Virus record (IMG/VR): IMGVR_UViG_3300041411_000102
Location: 1-64,000 of that record
Length of the DNA stretch: 64,000 nucleotides
Source of the DNA: a virus
Lineage: Duplodnaviria; Heunggongvirae; Uroviricota; Caudoviricetes
Reading direction: 5' to 3' (one strand)
The translations under genes and the position numbers were made by a program. The notes beneath the pieces are model-generated. The model ran no database searches. It was not told where the DNA came from and saw only the letters and a list, made by a program, of their open reading frames with translations. Numbering within the stretch: position 1 is the stretch's first letter; each line of letters begins with the position of its first letter. Shown in pieces: positions 1 through 9,080 of the stretch.

Positions 1-1
1 C

Positions 2-778
2 ACTTCAGTTAATCTTGGTATTAATAAAGTAAGAACCGTTGGTGAAGTGGTGGCTGTAGAGTCTGGTATCATTGAACAACCTGCAAATACAATTGATACA
101 ATCCTCACACCAATGCTTGGTTGGGATAGTGTAAACAACCCTGTTGCAGCAACTCCCGGTGAAGATCGTGAGACAGATGAACAGCTTCGTCTTAGGTTCC
201 GCAATGGGAAGTTTGATCGTGCAACTAACACATTAGATGCTATCTACTCTGCACTTATCAATCTTGATAATGTTAGTGAAGTAACTATCTACGAGAATGA
301 TACAAGTGTTGTAGACGGTAATGGCGTTCCAGCTCATAGCTTCCTTCCTATTGTTTCTGGTGGTTTGTCTACAGATATTGCTAATGCTATTTGGGATAAC
401 AAACCAATTGGTATTCTTAGTTACGGTAACACCACTGTTAGCATTTCTGATGTTCAGGGGTTCCCTCACGACATCAGTTTCTCTCGTCCAGACCCTGTTG
501 TAATTTATATTAGCATGAACATCACCACAGATGTGAACTTCCCACCTAATGGGAATGACGCCATCAAATCAGCACTCTTGGGATATTTCACTGCTAACTT
601 TGGTACTGGGGATGATGTAATTTATAGTCGTCTGTATACGCCTATAAATTCGGTCCAAGGTCATGAAGTTGTATCTCTTACTATTGGCACGTCGCCTGCT
701 CCTGTTGGTACGGGTAACATTGTAATTGCCTTCGACGAGATTGCATCGCTGTCCAGTGTCAACATAGTTATCACATAA
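2..778 (+). CDS. Baseplate J-like protein, C-terminal fragment; the ORF is open from the edge of the window
   Basis: The frame is open from nt 2. It sits first in an operon of tail genes. The placement and length suggest a baseplate-J/wedge protein. Confidence 0.5.
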   Translation, partial: TSVNLGINKVRTVGEVVAVESGIIEQPANTIDTILTPMLGWDSVNNPVAATPGEDRETDEQLRLRFRNGKFDRATNTLDAIYSALINLDNVSEVTIYENDTSVVDGNGVPAHSFLPIVSGGLSTDIANAIWDNKPIGILSYGNTTVSISDVQGFPHDISFSRPDPVVIYISMNITTDVNFPPNGNDAIKSALLGYFTANFGTGDDVIYSRLYTPINSVQGHEVVSLTIGTSPAPVGTGNIVIAFDEIASLSSVNIVIT

Positions 779-787
779 GGAGGTAGC

Positions 788-1552
788 ATGTCAGAATTGA
801 ATTTGTTCAATATTGAGGACCACCTTTCCGTTGCCAGATCTAGAGTGACTGAACAGTTTCGTTTAGACGAAGATGGACAATCTGGCGGGGTCATATTCGA
901 CAAGTACCTTCAACTCCTACTTGGCGGAAAGATTGAGCTTCAAGAAGTCTTTCGCCAACTCATGCAAGAGCGTTCTATTGATACTGCTGTTGGTGCTCAA
1001 TTAGATATTATTGGTGACATTGTAGGTCAGCCCAGAGAACTTATTGACACGGCGCTACTGACGTTCTTTGCTTTCGTTGGCTATCCAGATGCCCAGTCTT
1101 ACGGTGACTTGGATAACCCAGCCATTGGCGGTCCATATTACGACATCAACAATCCACTAGCTGGGAACACACTGCTTACAGATGAACAATATCGCTTGTT
1201 CATTAAAGCCAAGATTGTAAAGAATAATACAAACGTAACCCCCAACCAGTTCATAGAGTTCATGCAATTCATATTTGGAATTGATATGAGCTTGGTTGTT
1301 GCAGAGGGTAATGCTGAAGTTACTGTGATGTTAGGAAGAGAGTTATCTTCTTTTGAGAAAGTACTTCTTACTTATACATCCTATTCTTCAGGCTACCCTT
1401 CCAGATTTATTCCAAAGCCAATTGGCGTAAGAATCAATTTTGGTGAGTTTATTGCTGAAGACTATTTTGGTTTTCAAGGTGCTCTGAATGCCAAAGGCTA
1501 CGGAGATTTAAGTGATTTATCATTGGGTGGGCTATATGCTCAGCTCATCTAA
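788..1552 (+). CDS. Baseplate or tail assembly protein (P2 gpI-like position)
   Basis: AGGAGG RBS 8 nt upstream. Lies between the baseplate J-like gene and the tail fibre gene. Confidence 0.45.
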   Translation: MSELNLFNIEDHLSVARSRVTEQFRLDEDGQSGGVIFDKYLQLLLGGKIELQEVFRQLMQERSIDTAVGAQLDIIGDIVGQPRELIDTALLTFFAFVGYPDAQSYGDLDNPAIGGPYYDINNPLAGNTLLTDEQYRLFIKAKIVKNNTNVTPNQFIEFMQFIFGIDMSLVVAEGNAEVTVMLGRELSSFEKVLLTYTSYSSGYPSRFIPKPIGVRINFGEFIAEDYFGFQGALNAKGYGDLSDLSLGGLYAQLI

Positions 1553-1568
1553 CAAAGGATGCTATTAA

Positions 1569-2690
1569 ATGGCGAGTGAAGTTTCTAAACCCGATTTTAG
1601 TTTTCAATGGTCTTCGGGCGGCTCAATTGTAGCCCCAAGTGACGTAAAGATTCAGACTGGCTGGACTGCTGAAGTCCCACCTTTTCAGTGGGAAAACTGG
1701 TCACAGAATCGTCAGGACAATGCAATCCTACATTTGTTCCAGAAAGGTATCAGCGAGTGGGATGCCACATCTAATTACTATTTCACTACCTCAGGTGTAC
1801 GTAGTTACGTGCAAGGGTCTGATGGTAATATTTATGTTGCTGTACAAGATAGTGTAGGACAAAACCCCACTACTGACGCTACAGATACGTATTGGAAAAT
1901 TGCCTTTATTGACCAAACAGCACTGGCAACAGCCCTTTCAGAAAGTGCCCCAAATGTCGCTTCGGCTTCAGGTGTATCAGTTGATATTCCATCGGCATCA
2001 GCTACAGCGACATTTACCATCGGGTCAGCTATTGTGGGTGTGGGCCTAACCGGTGCCTCCTACCGCCTTGCAACAGTGTCTAAGTCCATAAACCTTGCTA
2101 CAACAGGGGCTGGTGGCATGGATACTGGTACTGCCCCTGTCAGTGGTTATGTAGCTATATACCTCATTTATAATCCATCCTTAGCACTGTCTTCTACTAA
2201 CCCGTCACTATTGGCCCGTGAAGCTGTATCTGCAAGTCGAGGTGAAGTTTATGGTGGGGCTAACATGCCTGCTGGATATACAGCAAGTGCCTTAATCAGT
2301 GTTGTCGCCACCAATGCAAGTAGCCAGTTTAAAACGGGACAGTACCAGACTGGACGGAAAGTAGCAATTGACCCTGTGCAAGTATTGGCGGGCGTACTTA
2401 ATACTCCCACATATACTTCACTCTCCATAGCCGGTGCTGTTCCCCTTAATGCAAAACTTGCATCTATGACTATGCAGGGCACATCTACAGTCTCTACGCT
2501 TATCACCTTCCAGATTGCATCGACTGCAAACGGTATGGACGCTGCCCAAGTGTCTAGCAGTCCAGTAACGCAGATTGGAGCCCCAGCAAGGGACATTTCA
2601 CTGCTTACACCACAGACAGTGTTCAGGATTAATAATGCCTCAACTGGCACCACAGCTTTTCAAGTGTTTGCCGTCAACTACACATTCTAA
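1569..2690 (+). CDS. Tail fibre or receptor-binding protein
   Basis: 373 aa, rich in Ser, Thr, Ala and Gly with beta-rich repeats. Located in the tail module just ahead of the tailspike. Confidence 0.55.
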   Translation: MASEVSKPDFSFQWSSGGSIVAPSDVKIQTGWTAEVPPFQWENWSQNRQDNAILHLFQKGISEWDATSNYYFTTSGVRSYVQGSDGNIYVAVQDSVGQNPTTDATDTYWKIAFIDQTALATALSESAPNVASASGVSVDIPSASATATFTIGSAIVGVGLTGASYRLATVSKSINLATTGAGGMDTGTAPVSGYVAIYLIYNPSLALSSTNPSLLAREAVSASRGEVYGGANMPAGYTASALISVVATNASSQFKTGQYQTGRKVAIDPVQVLAGVLNTPTYTSLSIAGAVPLNAKLASMTMQGTSTVSTLITFQIASTANGMDAAQVSSSPVTQIGAPARDISLLTPQTVFRINNASTGTTAFQVFAVNYTF

Positions 2691-2702
2691 GGGGAAATTA
2701 TT

Positions 2703-2864
2703 ATGAAGGTGCATGTAAAATTTGAAGATGAAACGAAGACTAAAATTGTAGAAGCGTTTAGCTGCCCACAAAGGAGTGATATCCCAAATCAAGGGGATGT
2801 TGAGGATGATTCAGAGACGTACCTTGAGTTCCTAAAACTATTTGAACCGGTTAGTCAAGAATGA
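2703..2864 (+). CDS. Small hypothetical protein (53 aa), missed by the 60 aa ORF cutoff
   Basis: ATG at 2703 translated by hand. Its stop overlaps the next start as ATGA at 2861. Confidence 0.4.
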   Translation: MKVHVKFEDETKTKIVEAFSCPQRSDIPNQGDVEDDSETYLEFLKLFEPVSQE

Positions 2865-3979
2865 TACTAGATAGTCGGGAGTATCTAGACCCCGATTGCG
2901 AAGGTGACCAGTCCTGTGGATTAAACCAACTACTAATTGACGGTGCTGGTGGGGATATTGAAATACTTCCCGGTGAATATCTAATCGCAGACACGGGTGT
3001 TATTCACAACAGGACAGCACTCCATATGAGGTGTGCTACGATAAAAGCTCACCAAGATTTGCCCCCAAATAAACCCTTAATACAAAACTCCACTGTATCG
3101 GGCGCGGCCAACACCTACTACGACACCGATATCCAGATACACGGAGGGAAGTTTGATGGAGGGATGCTTCCTGATAGAGCTAATTCACTTCTAGGGTTTC
3201 TAAAGTGTAAGGACCTACTACTTGATAGGGTAGAGATGTGCAACAGCACCTATATGGGGCTAGCAATAGGGGGTAGTCTTAGACCAGTAGTGACAAGGTG
3301 TGAAGTTCACCACACAGGCAAACCCAATGTAACTTCTGAGGGTGGGGCTGCGATATGGCTTGGCACTACTGGTGACGGTTCTAGATGTGTCAGGGCAGAC
3401 ATAGTAGATAACTATATTCATGAGACGCAGTGGTCAGGTATTTATGCCAGTGGGAGAATTATTAACGTACACGGCAACCAGATTTGGGATACCAGAGAAA
3501 GTGCGTTCTTCGGCGTTGTGGATGGGCTAAGCTATCTACACAACCACACACGCAGCACTAGCCGTAAAAATATATCAGCATCTGGTCTTGAGCTTGGTGG
3601 TGGGAGTGCGATCATTGCCGACAGTACTTTTGAATACATTGGGAACTGTGCAGTGTCTTTAACCGATGCAAAAAACGTCGATGTTCATGATTTGTTTTGC
3701 ACTGAGATTGGCACGGAGCGGAGTTATTTTCCGCAGGCTTCGGTGATAGAAATCAACAGCCAGCACCCAACATACAGCCAATGTAACGGTAACAATATCC
3801 ATGACATCCGGCTACAAAACTCAACTGCACTGTTTGCAGTGTTAGCTGTTGTTGGACCCGGACAGCCTGTTTCCGATCTGAGATATGGACCATTCAATAT
3901 CGCCGGTACATCCTTTACATCTGGCTCCCAGATTTATTTCCAAGCTGGCCTAAAAGGTTCAAATGTTGTAGGGTACTAA
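2861..3979 (+). CDS. Tailspike or depolymerase-like protein with a pectate-lyase-type beta-helix
   Basis: N-terminal 'GDIEILPGEYLI' resembles the pectate_lyase_3/tailspike motif. Periodic Asn/Gly-rich rungs follow. Confidence 0.5.
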   Translation: MILDSREYLDPDCEGDQSCGLNQLLIDGAGGDIEILPGEYLIADTGVIHNRTALHMRCATIKAHQDLPPNKPLIQNSTVSGAANTYYDTDIQIHGGKFDGGMLPDRANSLLGFLKCKDLLLDRVEMCNSTYMGLAIGGSLRPVVTRCEVHHTGKPNVTSEGGAAIWLGTTGDGSRCVRADIVDNYIHETQWSGIYASGRIINVHGNQIWDTRESAFFGVVDGLSYLHNHTRSTSRKNISASGLELGGGSAIIADSTFEYIGNCAVSLTDAKNVDVHDLFCTEIGTERSYFPQASVIEINSQHPTYSQCNGNNIHDIRLQNSTALFAVLAVVGPGQPVSDLRYGPFNIAGTSFTSGSQIYFQAGLKGSNVVGY

Positions 3980-3997
3980 TTAGCACAGGGTATTAAT

Positions 3998-4528
3998 ATG
4001 TCCACCAACTACAATCTGTATAAAAAGCTCCTTGGAGTTGGTCTTGGCTCTGCCTTGGCAATTTCTGGAGCATTCATAGTTGCACCATTTGAAGGTAAGG
4101 AGAACAAAACTTATATTGATCCTGTTGGTATCGTGACGGTGTGTTATGGTAATACTGGTAAGGAAGCTATTCTTGGAAAATCTTACACAGATGATCAGTG
4201 TCTAGATCAGATGGCTACAGACTTAAAAGAGCATGACAAGCAATTGATGTCTGCTGTTAAGGTTCCATTTAAGTCTGATTACCAACATGCTGCAATGCTC
4301 TCTTTTGTCTACAACGCAGGGATTGGTAATTTCTCGTCTAGTACAATGCTTAAGAAACTTAATGCAAAGGATTATGACGGAGCTTGCCAAGAGCTAACCA
4401 AATGGGTTTATGCGAAAAAGAAAATGCTGAAGGGTTTGGTTATTAGGCGTTCATTGGAATATAAATATTGCATGGGTGAAGTTCCATTAGAGGTTATCAA
4501 TGAAGTTAAAAAAGCCAACCCTAATTGA
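3998..4528 (+). CDS. SAR endolysin (T4-lysozyme/GH24-like muramidase)
   Basis: Catalytic triad spacing E-x8-D-x5-T in 'PFEGKENKTYIDPVGIVTVCYG'. N-terminal Gly/Ala-rich weak TM 'LLGVGLGSALAISGAFIVA' fits a signal-arrest-release domain. Confidence 0.8.
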   Translation: MSTNYNLYKKLLGVGLGSALAISGAFIVAPFEGKENKTYIDPVGIVTVCYGNTGKEAILGKSYTDDQCLDQMATDLKEHDKQLMSAVKVPFKSDYQHAAMLSFVYNAGIGNFSSSTMLKKLNAKDYDGACQELTKWVYAKKKMLKGLVIRRSLEYKYCMGEVPLEVINEVKKANPN

Positions 4529-4742
4529 AGACTGGAAGAAACAGCTTCATAGCTACAGTGCTTTATCCTTATTCGCGAATATCTTGATCGCCCTAGCATA
4601 CGGCCTGTCCCTAGCATTTGGAATGGGGCTTGTCTATATGAGCCCTTTCTATATTGTTCTGGTGATGGGCGGTGTAGCTAGTCTTGGTGCAGCAGGTCGC
4701 TTTATCAAGCAACAGAAAGAGGATGAAGAGAATGTTCAATAG
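4500..4742 (+). CDS. Holin, possibly a pinholin partner of the SAR endolysin
   Basis: 80 aa with two TM helices and a charged C-terminus. GAGG RBS. Start overlaps the end of the endolysin gene. Confidence 0.6.
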   Translation: MKLKKPTLIEDWKKQLHSYSALSLFANILIALAYGLSLAFGMGLVYMSPFYIVLVMGGVASLGAAGRFIKQQKEDEENVQ

Positions 4743-5160
4743 CTGGATGTTCTATCTCATTCTCGGTTTGTCTGCAAGTACTCTCTCTTTAGGCTGGCTT
4801 TCTCTGTCTCTACACGATGATAAGCTCATAGCTGAGCAAGCACTAGTCCAAGCCATCAACGTCAATTCTGATATGCAAAAGTCCCTTAACTTACGGGATT
4901 TAAGCTGTCAGATTGACAGCGTTAGTGTGGTTGAAGTGGAAGCAGAGAAAAAGGATCTTCAAACTAAAATTGAGGGTGTGTCTGAGAATATTGAGAAGCT
5001 ACGTAAACCAGTAGTAGTCAAACAAGAGAACATTAAGAATGAAAATCTTAAACCTAATGTATTGCCTGATGATGGGTTGCTTTCTGATAACATTGTCAGC
5101 CTGCTCAAACAAGGTTACTGCACCACATACCCCACAGACAGTGAATGTCTTCCCAAGTGA
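4732..5160 (+). CDS. i-spanin (Rz-like)
   Basis: N-terminal TM 'MFYLILGLSASTLSLGWLSLSL' followed by a periplasmic coiled coil. The tracked ORF starts at 4684; I prefer the ATG at 4732, or 4723, which sits after a GAGG RBS. Confidence 0.6.
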   Translation: MFNSWMFYLILGLSASTLSLGWLSLSLHDDKLIAEQALVQAINVNSDMQKSLNLRDLSCQIDSVSVVEVEAEKKDLQTKIEGVSENIEKLRKPVVVKQENIKNENLKPNVLPDDGLLSDNIVSLLKQGYCTTYPTDSECLPK

Positions 5161-5329
5161 TGCACTCTTGGTTAATCCTTGCCGTGCAAAACCTGCTGGC
5201 GAAAGTCTGATTGATCTAGCTCTTGCACAGAATCGGAATGTCGGATGTATTGGTTTATGGGAAAAGCAGATGGATGCTATCCGTAAGAACAAGAAGTCTC
5301 AGATGGAGCTGTACAAGAATGCCAAATGA
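5039..5329 (+). CDS. o-spanin (Rz1-like outer-membrane lipoprotein) overlapping the i-spanin in another frame
   Basis: Lipobox 'LITLSAC' with Pro-rich sequence and conserved Cys downstream. Begins in the +1 frame inside the i-spanin and runs past its stop, the overlapped spanin layout. Confidence 0.6.
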   Translation: MKILNLMYCLMMGCFLITLSACSNKVTAPHTPQTVNVFPSDALLVNPCRAKPAGESLIDLALAQNRNVGCIGLWEKQMDAIRKNKKSQMELYKNAK

Positions 5330-5636
5330 CTCAGCTAACATTAGAATCAACAACCTATGGGAAAGATTGTGTTTGGGTATGCTTTCTTTGATTGTTAGCG
5401 CTCTATTCCTAACCTACCAAGGTCAAAGGACAGACTTCAAGAATCTTGAAGAGAAAGTTCTTACCATGCAGACAGGCAAAGTAAACCGTGAAGATTTAAG
5501 AGAGGTAGAGAACAGGCTAAACAATAAGATTGATGCCAGTATCTCAGACCTTATTTCCAGAAGTGCTGCTGATAAAGCAGAGATTATCCGTACAATTGAA
5601 CTCTACTTTGTAGGTGTTAAGAACAAACAACGGTAG
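5319..5636 (+). CDS. Type-II membrane coiled-coil protein, i-spanin-like
   Basis: The start overlaps the o-spanin stop. One TM 'LCLGMLSLIVSALFLTY' followed by a coiled coil. Confidence 0.45.
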   Translation: MPNDSANIRINNLWERLCLGMLSLIVSALFLTYQGQRTDFKNLEEKVLTMQTGKVNREDLREVENRLNNKIDASISDLISRSAADKAEIIRTIELYFVGVKNKQR

Positions 5637-5645
5637 AGGCATCCA

Positions 5646-6005
5646 ATGATATGGACAATACTAGAAAGGACCATCCACCTACTCACTTTTGTGTTATTGG
5701 TGGCGATGTTAGCTATCATAATGTCTAATAGCAAAAGCTCAGAAAACGTAGGTAACTTTGATTTGAAGTTGGATGTAGTAAAGCAAGAATCTCTGAATGC
5801 TATAAAGAACAATGTTGAATACTTTGAAAAACGTATTAACAATGTATCAGAGAAGCAAGACAGCTATCAAGTTGGTACTGACCAACGTGTATATGTCCTT
5901 GAGATGCAGATGAAACAGTTGCAAGCTGATAAGAAACAGACACAACGGATTATAAATAATAACCAGTCTAATGCTGTTATCTATCAGAATGCTAAAGAAC
6001 AATAA
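5646..6005 (+). CDS. Type-II membrane coiled-coil protein, i-spanin-like
   Basis: GAGG RBS. TM 'LLTFVLLVAMLAIIMS' followed by a coiled coil. Confidence 0.5.
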   Translation: MIWTILERTIHLLTFVLLVAMLAIIMSNSKSSENVGNFDLKLDVVKQESLNAIKNNVEYFEKRINNVSEKQDSYQVGTDQRVYVLEMQMKQLQADKKQTQRIINNNQSNAVIYQNAKEQ

Positions 6006-6063
6006 TAAGAACTGCCATGCAGACATTTGATTAGTGACGCCATTCACTATATCTCAGATACTT

Positions 6064-6106
6064 AAAAACCCCGCTCTCCGTCAATGGGAGAGCGGGGTTT
6101 TCTTTT
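6064..6106. terminator. Bidirectional rho-independent terminator between the convergent late (+) and early (-) blocks
   Basis: aaaaa-CCCCGCTCTCC-gtcaatg-GGAGAGCGGGG-ttttctttt, a GC-rich 11 bp stem. Confidence 0.85.
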
Positions 6107-6115
6107 GTCTAAGAT

Positions 6116-6562
6116 TTAGTCAGAGCTGTAAGACGAGCTACTGTCTGAACTCCCCGAATCATAGCTGCTGGATGATGAGCTTGAATCACTACCGTAACGA
6201 GAGCTAGACGAATCATCATAGCTTGAGTAAGAACTAGAAGAGGATTCATTTGAATAACTCTGCACAGGCTCTGGAACACTCGCAGGTTCACTTCGTTCTA
6301 CATGTTGACTAACACTTGGAGTTGAATCGATCAAAGAATCCAATACCAAGTAAGTTAGAGCCATATCTTGAAAGCTTGTATCAACGTGCTGTGTTGGTGG
6401 TACATAAGTCGGCGTAGTTACAGGAGCTGTACGAGGGTAAAATTTAGCTTGAATGCTCTTCCCTGTACGTTGCTTCTGGGGAAGCTGATAAACAGGTTCT
6501 ACACGATCAACTACGTCCATTTGCTTTTCTTTCTTGAACCAAGATTTAATTTTATTCCACAT
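6116..6562 (-). CDS. Ser/Tyr/Asp-rich low-complexity protein, co-operonic with the SPFH gene
   Basis: C-terminal ~50 aa read 'SSSSSYSSYDDSSSSRYGSDSSSSSSSYDSGSSDSSSSYSSD'. The start abuts the SPFH stop. Confidence 0.5.
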   Translation of the reverse strand: MWNKIKSWFKKEKQMDVVDRVEPVYQLPQKQRTGKSIQAKFYPRTAPVTTPTYVPPTQHVDTSFQDMALTYLVLDSLIDSTPSVSQHVERSEPASVPEPVQSYSNESSSSSYSSYDDSSSSRYGSDSSSSSSSYDSGSSDSSSSYSSD

Positions 6563-6563
6563 G

Positions 6564-7424
6564 TTATTTACCTACTGAAAGAAAGGGAGTTGCATTGCCC
6601 GGAATCACTGTAGTTGGAAGTACACCGTTCCAACGTTCAGCACGAGTCAGTTCAATCAAGTTACTATTGCTAGACAAGGCATCAGAACGTTTCTTGATGG
6701 CACCGGCCTCAGCCTCACCTTTCAGTGAAATACTAAGAGCTTCTGCTTTAGCTTGAGCAAGTTGGCTATCGGCACGAGCTTGAGCTTGGGTTACTGCAAT
6801 TTGAGCACTCACCATTTCCTTATCAAGATTCTGCTTCTGAGTTTGAACTTCTACTTCAGCCTTCATACGAGCTTCTACAGACTTTTCATAGGCATCAGAG
6901 AAATCAATATTTTCAAGTTGAACACTATCAATCACAACAGGGCCTGTGATACTCCCTTTTACAGCATTAGAGACATCGGCGACGAACTTGGCACGCTCTT
7001 GTACTGCGCTGATTGCCGTATACTTACCAAAGATGTTTTCTACTTGGTTAGGTACTTGACGATTAATCAAACGTTCAACCATTCGGTCAATATCGCCAAA
7101 GTTAGTATAGACATTCAATACTTCAGAAGCTGGCACATGAAACGTCACACTTGCACGGATATCGGCAGGTTGTTGGTCACGGCTGTAAGCTTGGAGCTTG
7201 TCATATTTCACAGTGAACGTTTGCACACTGATCTTAGTCACAGATTCAATGAACGGAATCTTGAAGCCCAGCCCCGGTTCAGCCAAACCTGTCACCTTGC
7301 CATTACGCAATTGAACACCACGTTCACCTTCTCCGATTGTGTAAAAACTACCAAGTGTGACACTCAACAACAGAATAGCGATGAAACCACCGACTACAGA
7401 CATTACGATACTTTTAGGTTGCAT
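6564..7424 (-). CDS. SPFH/band-7 (stomatin/prohibitin/HflC-like) membrane protein
   Basis: N-terminal TM followed by an SPFH core ('VQLRNGKVTGLAEPGLGFKIPFIE...TFTVKYD') and a C-terminal coiled coil rich in A, E, Q and K. Confidence 0.75.
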   Translation of the reverse strand: MQPKSIVMSVVGGFIAILLLSVTLGSFYTIGEGERGVQLRNGKVTGLAEPGLGFKIPFIESVTKISVQTFTVKYDKLQAYSRDQQPADIRASVTFHVPASEVLNVYTNFGDIDRMVERLINRQVPNQVENIFGKYTAISAVQERAKFVADVSNAVKGSITGPVVIDSVQLENIDFSDAYEKSVEARMKAEVEVQTQKQNLDKEMVSAQIAVTQAQARADSQLAQAKAEALSISLKGEAEAGAIKKRSDALSSNSNLIELTRAERWNGVLPTTVIPGNATPFLSVGK

Positions 7425-7547
7425 TTATTGTTTCTCCTGAAATAGTTTATTAGTCATTTTCCAAACATCCTGATACGTTGCCACTATACCACGTCCAACC
7501 AGATATGCAAATACGATTGCTCCTGTTATTACAAAGACTCCTGTCAT
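7425..7547 (-). CDS. 40 aa single-TM protein, translationally coupled upstream of the SPFH gene
   Basis: Translated by hand as MTGVFVITGAIVFAYLVGRG.... ATGA overlap with the preceding ORF. Confidence 0.4.
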   Translation of the reverse strand: MTGVFVITGAIVFAYLVGRGIVATYQDVWKMTNKLFQEKQ

Positions 7548-7720
7548 CCTTCCACCCCATTGTAAGGTTCATGTTTAGTCGTGTTCATCAAGAAACTACT
7601 ACTTCGTTGATTGACAACCTGTAGTTCGAACTCTTGCTCTTCTTTAGTCATAGGTGACTGCTTACTTTTATACCGACAAACAACGCCGATTGCAACCACT
7701 AATACTGCCCAAATAATCAT
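7544..7720 (-). CDS. 58 aa single-TM protein
   Basis: Translated by hand as MIIWAVLVVAIGVVC.... TAATG overlap with the 7720..7911 ORF. Confidence 0.4.
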   Translation of the reverse strand: MIIWAVLVVAIGVVCRYKSKQSPMTKEEQEFELQVVNQRSSSFLMNTTKHEPYNGVEG

Positions 7721-7911
7721 TATTCTGTCCTCTTCACAACAGATTCAAACATAGTCTTATCACTCTTAGATTCTGTAACCTTATGCTTTACAGCTTCCAC
7801 TTGCAACACTTGTTTCTGTTTATAAACCTGTGAGTCAAGATACACATATCCACCTACTAGCACAACAACCAGAAGGAGTACGCCTGCAATTAGATCTTCA
7901 TAACCTTTCAT
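7720..7911 (-). CDS. 63 aa single-TM protein
   Basis: Tracked ORF. TM 'LIAGVLLLVVVLVGGYVYL'. Confidence 0.45.
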   Translation of the reverse strand: MKGYEDLIAGVLLLVVVLVGGYVYLDSQVYKQKQVLQVEAVKHKVTESKSDKTMFESVVKRTE

Positions 7912-7921
7912 GTTTTAATCC

Positions 7922-8266
7922 TCAAGGGTAACGAATGTATTTAACTTTCTTAGATTTCTCCACAGTCTTTTGACGAGCTGCTTCTTGTTTATCATTCTCT
8001 ACCAGCTCAAGCAATCTGTCAATAATTTTCTTTGCTCGTTCTAGTGAGCCGCGTGGCCCGAATTCATTAGCAAACGCTTCTCTGCTCATGCTATCAGTGT
8101 AGCCCATCCAATCAAGCTTCAAACGTGCAGGATACCAAGACAAAGAATCCTGCCAGACATGTACTTCGGCTGTGTATTCTGTGATGTCAACACCATCGTA
8201 TGTCTTTGTAGTTTGTTTAATTCGTGTTTTCATATTACCACCATAATGATTTATATTTCTGCCCAA
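7922..8266 (-). CDS. Hypothetical protein
   Basis: Tracked ORF in a co-directional block. Confidence 0.5.
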   Translation of the reverse strand: MGRNINHYGGNMKTRIKQTTKTYDGVDITEYTAEVHVWQDSLSWYPARLKLDWMGYTDSMSREAFANEFGPRGSLERAKKIIDRLLELVENDKQEAARQKTVEKSKKVKYIRYP

Positions 8267-8699
8267 AAAGACTCAAACCTTCTTGAACTCTCTTCTCATG
8301 TACATCCATATCAGCATAATAACGAGCTTTCTCTTCCTGATTATCACATTCAATTGTGTAAGGAACTGAGTAACCTTCTTTGGCAATGCCGCCCTCAACA
8401 GGAACCATCTCAAGACTAAAGCTATAGTCTCTCATATCGGGCTCTTTATTCTCAAAAGCATACATCATTTTCTTGATGTCGTCTAGCCAATTTTGTACTT
8501 CTTGATCTGTGACATCAATATCAGGATTAGCACAATATTCACTCGGGACACCTAGACACTTTCCTTCTTTGTTACGTTTCTCCAATACTTCGTGGAAACG
8601 TAAGAGTCCTGCGTAGATGATTGGGGACAGGGTGTGGTCAAGACTGTATGTGTCTCTGTAGCCAAATTGCCACTTACCCTTTCGTTTGATTACTGACAT
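8235..8699 (-). CDS. Hypothetical protein
   Basis: ATG at 8699 gives a TAATG overlap with the upstream gene. The longer tracked start at 8735 overlaps that gene. Confidence 0.5.
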   Translation of the reverse strand: MSVIKRKGKWQFGYRDTYSLDHTLSPIIYAGLLRFHEVLEKRNKEGKCLGVPSEYCANPDIDVTDQEVQNWLDDIKKMMYAFENKEPDMRDYSFSLEMVPVEGGIAKEGYSVPYTIECDNQEEKARYYADMDVHEKRVQEGLSLFGQKYKSLWW

Positions 8700-9070
8700 T
8701 AAATATAGCACTCCGAATAAAGTGTTCCCGGACAATGATCTTCACGGATAATCTGACCAGCAGATTTAGCAATTGGATAAGCTTCTTTGCGAGTTAGGAA
8801 GTTACCATATTGATCTGTGAAACCTTGAATCATCTTATCAAATCCACACCACTCTTGTAAGACCTCTTCCATCATCATAATCTGCATTTCCATGATAGGG
8901 CAGCTATGACGTGTCCCTGTTACAATATATCCATTGTAATTATAGGCTGCTTGGGCAATACGACGTTGGACACCATAATATTCCCATCGGGTACGACCGT
9001 CCTCCATGATGTTACCACGAAGACGTTCTTGGTATTGTTCTACTACAGATTTGATTCGTTCGATTGACAT
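8699..9070 (-). CDS. Hypothetical protein next to the RNR gene
   Basis: The tracked start at 9142 is a TTG. The ATG at 9070 is preceded by a GAGGAT RBS. Confidence 0.45.
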   Translation of the reverse strand: MSIERIKSVVEQYQERLRGNIMEDGRTRWEYYGVQRRIAQAAYNYNGYIVTGTRHSCPIMEMQIMMMEEVLQEWCGFDKMIQGFTDQYGNFLTRKEAYPIAKSAGQIIREDHCPGTLYSECYI

Positions 9071-9080
9071 TAAATTATCC

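Noticed and set aside
6753-7445. 230 aa plus-strand ORF inside the SPFH gene
   Set aside because: Antisense to a protein with a clear SPFH domain, and low-complexity in translation.
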